Source of the DNA: Octopus sinensis
Taxonomy: Eukaryota
Reading direction: 5' to 3'
Assembly (NCBI RefSeq): GCF_006345805.1
Contig: NC_043013.1
Coordinates: 2,108,001 to 2,172,000 of the forward strand
DNA: 64,000 nucleotides
A program made the position numbers and the translations under genes. The notes under the pieces are model-generated. The model was not told the origin of the DNA. It saw only the letters and a list, made by a program, of their open reading frames with translations, and did no database searches. Of the stretch, positions 1 through 64,000 are shown piece after piece. Each line of letters starts with the position of its first letter. The stretch's first letter is position 1.

Positions 1-1517
1 TAAAATATGAAAATCAAAATTAGCATAAAAATATTTTTAAGCATTACATCAATAGGGAAAAATAATTTTGCCATTACAAATGTGTAAATTTATACACTTA
101 CACTAGGCCTAAAATTATACCCATTCAGCTCAAAACCTTCATAACACTTTTTGGCACCTTCAGAGGAACATGTTCTGTCACAAGCTCTCAAACTTGGTCT
201 GAGAACAGTAATTCTCTCTCAGTTGTGAAATTAACTATTAGAGATTAAACAGCAGGAAATATTTCTCAGTGGGGGTAGACCCCTATTTAGTTCAGTTGCC
301 TAAACATATGGGTAATTTCCTGTGAGGCCTGATATGGAACCTCATTTAGTGTTCCCTGGTAGAATCATTGACATGTGAGGTAAAAATCTCAGTGGTCCTT
401 ACTTTCTGAGTTCAAATTCTGCTGAGCTCAACTTTGCCTTTCTTCCTTTTAGGGTCAATAAAATAAGTACCAGCTGAGTACAGAGTTGATTTAATCAATT
501 CACCCCACCCCCTTGAAACTGCTAGTCTTGAGTCAAAATTTGAAGATAATTTTATGTACTGTTCACCCTAGTTCTGGTTCCCCTCTTCAGAGATCAAGCG
601 GCACTCAGCTGTGATCCATAAGCTTTGATATCCTTTTCTCCCTCAAAGAGCACGCTCTAACATAAAGTCAAAAAATGAAAATGAAAACCTATCTACTGGA
701 CAATCCTCTCTCACTATACCAGTTTCTGTGAATGCCTGTTCACCTTTCTTACGAGCCACCACCTTCAATATTAACAGAGTATATAAATTTAATGCTCAAA
801 ACTTCAAATTCTTACAGTAATCTCTGCCCTGATCACATTGAATTTACTTACAATTAAGAAGCAGTAACACATACCACTATCACTTCATTCTGAAGATGAG
901 ACTATGAAGGGATAGAAATGTTGAAGAAGGACTTTGGGAATTTGTTGTTCTGAACAAACTACAAGGAATTCATGTGAAAATATCAAATAAAAAAAATGTG
1001 TTTTCCAATACAAAGAAATATATTATTAATACAGTGATATATTAGGACTCATCTGAGACCCCCTTCGGTCATGACTGACCATGGGATTGCACCTAGAAAG
1101 TTCCCCTCCCAGGCACAAGTCCGGGCAAGGTTGTTTATGGAAGACTAGCAGCCACCCATGCATACCAGCCTCTCCTCTTCACACCATCCTTGTTATCTGA
1201 GGGAAAGGCAACAGCAGATGCAGCTTGGCACCTGTGATGTCGCAACTCATTTCTACAGCTGAGTGAACTGAAGCAACGTAAAATAAAGTGTCTTGTTCAA
1301 GAACACAACATGCAGCCCAGTCCAGGATTCAAACTCACAACCTCAGGATCATAAGCTTGATGCTCTAACCACTGAGTCATATGCCTTCACTATATTAGAA
1401 CTAGTGTCTTCATTTTGATTGTTATAGTTACAGTATGTCAGCCATTGTGCACTCAGGCCTTCTTCAGATGTCTGCCATATTTGGTAATGTTCTTTGAATT
1501 TCAAACCAAATCCTTTA

Positions 1518-1598
1518 TTAACCCTTTAGCATTCAGATTGTTCTGTCAAATGCAATGCTTATTAATTCACATGACCAGTTTAAATGCTAAAGGGTTAA
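1518..1598. mobile_element. Tiny piggyBac-like MITE
   Basis: ttaa-ccctttagcatt ... aatgctaaaggg-ttaa: TIRs starting CCC, flanked by TTAA on both sides. Confidence 0.65.
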
Positions 1599-2061
1599 AT
1601 CCACTCTCTGATTATCTTCATTCTAGTGTCCATGTCAGAGATTTTATAAGATTAGTTATTCATCATCATCATCATCATTTAACGTCCGTTCTCCATGCTG
1701 GTATGGGTTGGACAGTTTGACAGAGCTGTTTTGGCTCAGTTTCCACAGCTGGATGTTCTTCCTGATGCCAACCACTTTACAGAGTGCAATGGGTGCTTTG
1801 AATGTGACACCAGCACAGGCGCCTTTACATGACACTGGCACAAGCACTCTTATATGGTACAGGTGCTTTACATAGCACCAGCACCCATGAGTCTGCAACA
1901 CTAGGATCTCTCATTCTGTTTTATTAAACATTTTTAAGGAACCAGTATATTTCATGTGCTAATATGTTACCAAGTATTTGTATTCTTCTTTGTTACCTAG
2001 TACTTGTATTTTCTGTTATGCAAAGCCAGAGAGGCCCTAAGCATTAAAAAAATGTTGATGT

Positions 2062-2096
<35 letters not shown>

Positions 2097-2098
<2 letters not shown>

Positions 2099-2604
2099 TA
2101 AATCTGAGCGGAGGCAATGCGAGCAGTAACTAAAGGAACATTACTAAAAACCACACACAAAGAACAAATACATACATATATTCATATATTCATTTATATC
2201 TACAGAACGGATATAAAATCTGACATATATAAATATAATAATATATATAAATACATAAAAATCATATAATATATATAATTACATAACAATCAGTGTTACA
2301 TACAAAACACAGTGAATTTATGCTTAAAGTTATAAAACATTGGTAAATTAAAAATTTTGGATAATAAAACATAAAAGGACATTTTAAAATGACGTATTAA
2401 AATATGTAACACTGATTCTTATATATTTATATATATTATATGATTTTTATCTATTTATATATATTATTATATTAATATATGTCAGATTTTATATCCGTTC
2501 TGTAGATATAAATGAATATATGAATATATCCATGTATTTGATCTTTCTGTGTGGATCTTAGTAATGTTCTTTTAGTTCCTGCTCGCACTGCCTCCACTCA
2601 AATT
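2097..2604. repeat. Foldback / long inverted repeat with AT-rich spacer
   Basis: Arms at about 2097-2300 and 2400-2604 are reverse complements (e.g. tatatctacagaacggatataaaatctgacatata / tatatgtcagattttatatccgttctgtagatata). Confidence 0.8.
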
Positions 2605-2721
2605 AAGAAGTGGAATATAACTCATCTGGAGCACTACAACTCCAGTCTGTATTGTTATTACTACCTACCTCAAGATATAACTGTGTATTTTGTATTTTAT
2701 TATATATATATATATATATAT

Positions 2722-2970
2722 ATCATCATCATCGTTTAACGTCTGTTTTCCATGCTAGCATGGGTTGGACGGTTTGACCGGGGTCTGGGAAGCCAGGAGG
2801 CTGCACCAGGCTCCAGCCTGGTCTGGCAGTGTTTCTACAGCTGGATGCCCTTCCTAACGCCAACAACTCTGTGAGTGTAGTGGGTGCTTTTTACATGTCA
2901 CCGGCACAGGTGCCAGGGGAGGGTGGCAATGGTCATGATCGGTCGGTGCTTTTTATGTGTCACCGGCACA
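2722..2970 (-). mobile_element. SINE-like repeat of the (GAT)n-tailed family (3' part)
   Basis: (cat)n-cgtttaacgtc...tttctacagctggatgcccttcctaacgccaac. The same family recurs at about 1662, 13355, 22905, 47586 and 50666. Confidence 0.8.
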
Positions 2971-5900
2971 AGTATATATATATATGTAATTCAAAATATA
3001 TACAATAATAGCTCATAAAATAATTTTTTTTTTTTTCAAAATGAAACAAAACAAATAGTAAGATGGAAAATGTTTATTTTTGTATACTTCCTCCACATCA
3101 CTTATATTTGAAAGGTTAAAGTTTTCTCCTACTTTTGTTAATTTCAAAGTCTTTGACCAGATCCTCTCTATGACACCATGAATACTTTAAAATTATATTT
3201 TCAACCATATAAACCACTTTGAATATTATTTTTGCAAGTTTACAGTTACTTACCATTTCTGTGGTGTCCCTTTTCTCTTGATGCCCTAAGAATGTGCTTC
3301 TTATTTGCTTAATAGTTAATCTGGCACCACTCTTACATAGTGTTTATATTTTGGTCTGTCAGTAAGTTATAGCATATTACATGTCAACAGTTTGTTTAAA
3401 TTAGTGCTCTGACTTACAGAATGGCAATTTCAGTTACACATTGAACCTGATAGTTAACCAATCAAAACTCTTTGAAACCACACCCTACAACCTTAAAAAA
3501 AAGGACCCACAGGACAATAAGGTAGTCATGGATGGAACACTTTTGATGATAGTGTTTACAAGAAAGTCCTTTAAAAATCTTTACCATCTCCCTCCAAGAA
3601 GTATTTGTGTCTTAACACTCTTCTCTCATAATTAGAATATTTTCTAATTAGATTCATATTCCCTATTTCCCTTTCAGCTACTTTCTTTAGATGTTACAGT
3701 ATTTTGTGTTTTAAACAAATATTTCAGCCCTTATTTGGTAAATCCTCAGCTCATAAATACAACTATTCTCAGTTTTCTGTTTTCTTACATCTTTGTTTTA
3801 CATTTCCATCCTAGCTGTAAGAGATGAAGTTAGATTCATCATTTTGTACTTGATAAGTGTCCCTAGGTAACCAACAAACATTGGTAGATTGATGATAACC
3901 TTGTTAGTTTTCAACATCTACTTATAAATTATTTGGAGAGATTTGCAATTGTTTATTTTCTTGACATCCCTAAAGGAATACTTTATCATTATAGCAATAG
4001 AATATAAGTGAGTAGGTTTGCTGGTTCACCAATAACACTCTTTCCTTGTCATCAATTGTGATTAGATAATGTTATTGCAGCTTTGAGAACAAAATAAAAT
4101 TTTCCTATAAATTTCAAGATTATTTTGTTCGTTTGTAACACCCACCACGTCTTCCATCCAGAACATTATTATTGCAGTTATTGTTACTGTTGTTGTTGCT
4201 TTTGCATTTTGAAGATGTGTTTATTTTTAGCTCTGTAAGTTGGCTATTACTATGTAGTCTTAGAAGTGTAGGCAGTTTCTTCTTTTATTAGTATACTACT
4301 GTAGAACAATGGTACTTATTAATTATATTTATTTCTTCTTTTTGCCCCTTTGGGGAAAAAAAAAAAATTATATTCTAGTGCAAAATTTTTGGTTCAATTT
4401 ACTTTAACTTTTGTTGAATTTTTAACAAAGCAACACAGGTATATGCCCTACCTCAAAGAAATATCCAAATGCTACCACAGATGATAAATAGTAGAAAAGA
4501 AAAAAACATGAACACAATTATTTTGCACCAAAACAAAGGTAAAAGATATGAATCTTTTTGAGTATTGGAGGTGACTTTGGTGCCATATGCACAGACAGCA
4601 ACAACAAAAACAAAAGTAGACACACACACACATGATCACGCACACACGCGCACACACACACACACAACACACACACACACGATCATGCACACATGCACAC
4701 ACACACTTTGTCTAGAAAAATTATGGGTAAAACAAAAGCAAAACTAACTTTGCCACTATTATTCTGAATAAGGTGTCTTTAATATTTGCCCAAATCCAGG
4801 AGGAGCTTTGGTGACTGCCTCAACAAGCTCTGTTTCCTTTCCCAAGGAATTTGTTTGAGAGTGACCAAAGAAATCTATTCAAAGGAAAACTGACATACCC
4901 GCACACTGCTAACAATAAAGCAGTATTTAGTTGACCCTTAAAGAAGTGATTGAATGGAAACTCATGGTGATGTGTGGGGCAGGTTCTAACCCATTAACAG
5001 AGGCAAAGTCTATGGGACTTGCAACCTGCTGTCCAAGACCAAGCTGAAGAACAATGTTAGACATGAACAAAATGTGAAATGGTTGCTCATTGATTTGTAC
5101 CTCAACATAATGATCACAACAACACAAAAGGTAACAGTGAGAGGTATAATAATGTTGAAGATGCAGGGTAGAAGGCTGAGCTTGTATATTGGTAGCAGCA
5201 ACAGGTTTCTACTGAAGGAGTTGAAAAGCAACATGAATGGCAACAACAAAAGTAAAACCGAGAGAGGCAGCTGTTTCAGCAGCTCTTCCAGTGGAAACCA
5301 TGCAATTATGATAATTAAATAATATTCAACATATTTAAGTTTTAGTATGTATTTTCTAAAGTGTTAAATTATATTTCTAAAAGTCCACATTGTACCTGGA
5401 TATCTATTACAATGTATCGTTCAAGAACCATTGTTCTTTGTTCTCATTCATCACCGTTAAATCACATGCTTCTTCAAATAAAGGAGACTATATAACTCTG
5501 AAGGCCAATCTCAAAACACTGAACCTTACGAAGGAGATGACAAAGGACCAGGATATGTGGCACATTGCTGTACTTGACAAAACCTGCCCACCGCAACAGA
5601 ATTGAGATCCTAAAACCAAGATGCCACATAAAAAGCACCGGGGCTGGTGCCATGTAAAAACACTTGTGATGGTGCTATGCAAAATGCACCTAGTACACTC
5701 TGTAAAGTGGCTGGCATTTGGAAAAGCACCCAGCCATAGGAACAAAATCAAAATAGTCTATGGAACCTGGTGAAGCCCCTGGCCTTGCTAGTTCCTGTTA
5801 AGCCATTCGACATAGATAATGAATGTTAAATGTTGATGATGATGATGATAGTAGATGATAATTATAAACAAAGAATATCTTTGATCATAAGCCTGCCCAG

Positions 5901-6260
5901 GTGAAGTTTACCTGGTTTTGAATAACAACAACTATCAATCTATCACTTAAGCTGATATGGTCTTACAGGTGTAGATATGACCTTGCAATTAAGAAGTTCA
6001 GTCTGCAATCACATGGTTCTGGCACCAGCACCCACACCTTTCCCTTTTTATGTGGTACCTTTGTTTCAGGATCTGAATTCTGTTATGGTGGATGGGTCAT
6101 CATGAGTACAGCAATGTGACACATATCTTGGTCCTTTGTCATCTTCTTCATAAGGTTTAACATTTTGAACTGAACTCAATATTTCGTCCCATATCTTCTT
6201 TGATCTCCTTCTTCCACAACTTCCCTCCACTTTAAGTGATCTGCACTACTGGATATTTAT

Positions 6261-6819
6261 TATTGGGTTGTCCTGAAAGTTCGTGCTGATTTTTAAAGGA
6301 AAGAAAAAGGTCAATAAATACTTGCCATTACATTTTTAATCAACAAAATATGAACCATTTTGTTGCACAATGCATCTCCATTTTCCCTTTAACTTGAAAA
6401 TACCCTCTTCCCAGAAGTGAAGTGGTTTCATGGCAAAGAATTAGTCAAGGTATCTTTTTACGTCATCCAAGGAAATGAAATTTTTACCATTAAGACTATT
6501 CTGCAGAGACCTGAATAAGTGGAAATCCAAAGGAGCAATATCTGGTGAATATGGAGGGTGGGGTAACACATACCTGCCGAGCTGCAGCAATTTTTGTCTG
6601 GTTCCCAAAGCATCAAGTACTGAAAATGAACTTTCTCATCTTCCATTTTAAAGGGTTACAAAATTAACACAGGTTATAGGAACATGAACTTTCTTCCACA
6701 AAAACTGTGCTCTAAATGGAGGTGTAGTCAAATCCTATTTTACGGACTCAACCATGTTCTAAAATAAGTCGAAAAGTAAACTACAATAAATCGGCATGAA
6801 CTTTCCGGACAAGCCAATA
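6261..6819 (-). mobile_element. Internally deleted mariner (Tc1/mariner) element
   Basis: TIRs tattgggttgtcctgaaagttcgtgctgattt / aaatcggcatgaactttccggacaagccaata. The minus strand encodes the transposase N-terminus (MEDEKVHFQYLML) fused to the C-terminal PHPPYSPDIAPLDFHLFRSLQN motif, with a frameshift. Confidence 0.9.
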
Positions 6820-6868
6820 TATTACAAAACATTTTTCTATCACACAACATTATCATCACAGTACTCAC

Positions 6869-60404
<53,536 letters not shown>

Positions 60405-60549
60405 CTGAAATGATAAATTGCAAGTTCAAACATTTACATATGTTCTTATAGCAGTTGCTCAACACATCTCTACAACACTGTTATTACATAGTATGGATTA
60501 GATTCAATTGATAACAGAATAATTGGTAGCAGCAGCAGCAGCAACAACA

Positions 60550-60945
60550 GTGGAGGTGCAATGGCCCAGTGGTTAGGGCAGCGGACTCGTGGTCGGAGGA
60601 TCGCAGTTTCAATTCCCAGACCGGGCGTTGTATGTGTTTATTGAGCGAAAACACCTAAAGCTCCATGAGGCTCCAGCAGGGGGTGGTAGCGACCCCTGTT
60701 GTACTCTTTCGTTCCAACTTTCTCTCACTCTTTCTTCCTGTTTCTTCTCCCCGACTTCCTATGCAACCGCTGAGCCTGGATGCACATTCATCCATCCGTC
60801 GATGCTCTCGGTGTCGGGGGTTGACCTGTTTTCTCTTCTGCGGGTCTTACGAATAGCAAAGGACCACGTTTTGGACTTCTCCCACCATGCGAGCTCTGGG
60901 ACGAAGACCGTTCGCTCAACAGCAACAGCAACAGCAGCAACAACA
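60550..60945 (+). mobile_element. tRNA-derived SINE with the 36197 head but a different 3' half
   Basis: Shares about 195 nt with 36197-36390, then diverges. A cagcagcaacaaca-like duplication flanks both sides. Confidence 0.8.
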
Positions 60946-61825
60946 ACACTAGCAACTTAGAAATGTAGACCATTGTATACTGATCAAGTGACTTACCCAA
61001 AATAACAGATAATTTTTTGCTACCTCAATGATATAATTAGTGTTAGCAAATTAACGAGACATCTCTCATGGACAATAGAAACAGTAACAAATTCTCCCTC
61101 ATATATCACACCAGCATTTTAAAAAAATTAAAAAAAAACATATATAGGTGCAGGCATGGCTGTGTGGTAAGAAGCTTGCTTTCCAACCACATGGTTCTGG
61201 GTTCAGTCTCACTGCATAGCATATTGGGCAAGTATCTTCTACTAAAGCCTTGGACTCACCAAAGCCTTGTGAGTGGGTTTAGTTAACGAAAACTGAAAGA
61301 AGCCTGTTGTATATTATATGTATATATATGTTTATATCTGTATGTCTTTGTTTGTCTCTCCGCACTTGATAACTTGACACCTCCGTGCTCCATAACTTGG
61401 TGGTTCAGCAAAAGAGACTGATAGAATAAGCATCACACTTTTAAAAAATAAGTATTGAGATTGATACATTCAACAAAAAATTCAAGGCAATGCTGCAGCA
61501 TGGTCACAACCAAATGGCTGAAGTAAAATATAAAAGATAGATACAGGTCATATCCATTAATGTTGTCCCAGCCACAGTATACCAGAATAAGATAGGGTGG
61601 TCATAGCTGGATTGCCTTTGGTTATGGGTCAGCTCTTTCGGGGCTGACTTGGCACTAAGCATCAATTAATGCTGGTACTATTGGTCCTAGAGACAGTAAC
61701 GTAGGATGGTTAAGATAGAGTGATCTCTGTTGGAGTTCAGCAGTTATGTGTAAAAGAAGTAAGCTAACTGGCTAAAGTCACAATTTTTTAACAAGCTAAT
61801 TGGCTAATTGTGACACCAGTGCCTG

Positions 61826-62820
61826 CTCTGACACTGTCAGTCTATATATTGCTGGTGAGGAGATGAATCATTGCTATCTCTAGCAGCCAAATATCCATCA
61901 TTGACAAGACCAAAGAAGGTTGAAATCACGTGATCTGGTGGTTTCGGTGCTGGAAATGGTAGGGATTTTATCTCCATGCTAGTGATATAAATAAGAGTGC
62001 ATTTTGCACCAAAAGGCAAAATGAGAGTTTCTCCTATGGTATCTTCTGCAGTATAGTTTGTTCTAATAGAACATACACGTTTAAGTGGAGATAAACATGA
62101 CTACTTAGTATCAATATTGCCTCTGTTCTGGCACTGTTATTCTACACATCACTGGCAAGGAGATGAATCACTGCTGTCTCTAGCAGTTGAGCATCTTATT
62201 TCTTTACTACCCAGAAGGAGGGGCTAAACACAGAGGGGACAAACAAGGACAGACAAAGGGATTAAGTCGATTACATCGACCCCAGTGCGTAACAGGTACT
62301 TAATTTATCGTCCCCAAAAGGATGAAAGGCAAAGTCGAATTTGAACTCAGAACTTAACAGCAGGCAAAATACCTATTTCTTTATTGCCCACAAGGGGCTA
62401 AACACAAAGAGGACAAACAAGGACAGACAAACGGATTAAGTCGATTACATCGACTGCAGTGTGTAACTGGTACTTAGTTTATTGACCCCGAAAGGATGAA
62501 AGGCAAAGTCAACCTCGGCAGAATTTGAACTCAGAATGTAACTGCAGACGAAATACCGCTAAGCATTTCGCCCACCGTGCTAATGATTCTGCCAGCTCAC
62601 TGACCTTGGGCATCTATCATTGTCAAGACCAAAGAAGGTCGAAATCACATGATTTGATGGTCTCAGTGCTGAAGGTAGCAGGGATTTCTCTCCCCACAAG
62701 TGATATAAAACATGCATGCATTTTGTACCAAAGTCAATATGAAAGTTACTCTCATGGTAACTAATGCAGTAAAGCTTGTTCTAACAGAACATCCATGCTT
62801 AAGTGGGGATAAATATTACC
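61826..62820. repeat. Old ~300-bp tandem duplication; the second copy is split by a SINE dimer
   Basis: 61826-62120 matches 62126-62196 plus 62607-62820. The SINE dimer occupies about 62197-62606. Confidence 0.75.
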
Positions 62821-64000
62821 TCTGGTTATACGCACGAAAGGTAGATAATGGAAAACATGTCAGATTTGTGATACTGTAGAGTAGGGAAAGATCTATGGGT
62901 GAAATATTGGTGCAGGCATGGTTGTGTGGTTTAGAATTTTGAATATTAACTATGTAGTTTCAGTGTTGAGCCTACTGCACACTTATGAGAGCAGTGCCCC
63001 TGCATGGCCACAGTTTAATGACTGAAACTTGTTAAAAGTAAAAGAATAGAGTACAGAAAGTTTGTATTGGACAGAAAGGAATTTCAATTCACTTCGTTGT
63101 TACTCGACACAAATTCTGTGGAAGAGACAACATGAAAGACCACTTGTTTGTTGCTTCTATATTTAAAACATTTCTATTGGCAACTGTTAGTTGAAGAGAG
63201 TCTTTATCTGCTCACCTGACATGCTAGAAGCAACAGTGAAATTTCCTTTACATCAGACCTAACAATTTGAAATAAAGTAGGAAACATCAAAAGATGTAGT
63301 CTCCAATATATAAAATAACAAGCTGGTCATGGTTGGAATGTGTTTAATCATAGCTCTGGTAAGTCAGTGCTGACCTATGGTCAAGCAACATCAATCAGAA
63401 TCCTTATCATCATAGCAGTAATGACCCCAGTGAAGCTGCTAATGCTTACAATGATATTAAAACAAATATAGTAAACTGCTTCACCTTTGGGTAGCATTTG
63501 AACACGTATTGAACAGCAGAGAATTTACCAATATTTTATTCTCGTTACCACCTTAACAACAAATATGTCATAATCTTTAATTTCCTTTATCAATTATATG
63601 TCTTAATTGTTATAGAGTTAATTAATTGCATTCATTTCAATAATTATCTCTGAGATATTGTGAGATGGTACATGATTAATTTGTTACACCTGATATTGTC
63701 CCACCATCAATAGATTATCAATATATTATTTCACAATATAATAATATTAATCAACTGAAAAGTGATGCAACTAGTTTATCAGTGAATTACAATTAGTCTT
63801 TCATTTAGACTTCGATCTTTGCATATGAAATTACCAAATACAATGAGACCAGCTCGTGGTTATTTTATAACCTTTACACTAAATCATGGGGGTGGGGGGA
63901 AGTTATCAGTAATCTCGAACTGTTAATGACTTAAAATGCCTTCATTATCTTATACTATAAGAAGAAAAATTATCTTTGATATTCAGATATTATCTTAATA

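Noticed and set aside
4800-5322. Coding-like stretch with several short ORFs
   Set aside because: There are stops in all frames and no recognisable motif. It is probably a decayed TE that I cannot classify.
1-6868. Next dynein exon (phase 1, rest of the MTBD)
   Set aside because: The candidates tested (about 3060-3170, 3418-3491, 5395-5500 and 120-220) had stops, the wrong phase or looked like LINE relics. The exon is probably outside the window or was missed.
60997-61050. Candidate upstream exon ending in GTAAGT (FANTNYIIEVAKNYLLFW)
   Set aside because: There is an in-frame stop just upstream, no acceptor, and the phase-0 end does not match the phase-1 next exon.
62820-62873. 54-nt candidate exon (ITNLTCFPLSTFRAYNQ) with good AG/GT
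   Set aside because: It has no convincing dynein similarity, its donor lies at the edge of a duplicated repeat, and it fits only an alternative acceptor.

Overview
AT-rich, microsatellite- and SINE-dense eukaryotic DNA. The tRNA-derived SINE families look like those of Octopus, but that species call is recognition from memory, not a search. The whole window lies inside one large minus-strand gene, a divergent dynein heavy chain (DNHD1-like or an invertebrate divergent DHC class). I reconstructed 24 GT-AG exons from 60404 to 6869 (3843 nt, about 1281 codons) with every intron phase compatible. They run from the end of AAA1 through AAA2, AAA3 and AAA4 to stalk CC1 and the start of the microtubule-binding domain. 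The 5' and 3' exons lie outside the window or were not found. The introns hold several SINE families, a young 5'-truncated CR1-like LINE, RTE and R4/RLE-type LINE relics, mariner, hAT and piggyBac-like MITEs, a Helentron-like element and Penelope-like (PLE) relics. The most notable non-coding signal is a set of minimal type-I hammerhead ribozyme motifs of PLE origin. Two of them lie on the host gene's sense strand in one intron and bracket a GIY-YIG fragment. Almost all ORFs in the supplied track are microsatellite or SINE artefacts. There are no CRISPR arrays, rRNA or true tRNA genes.
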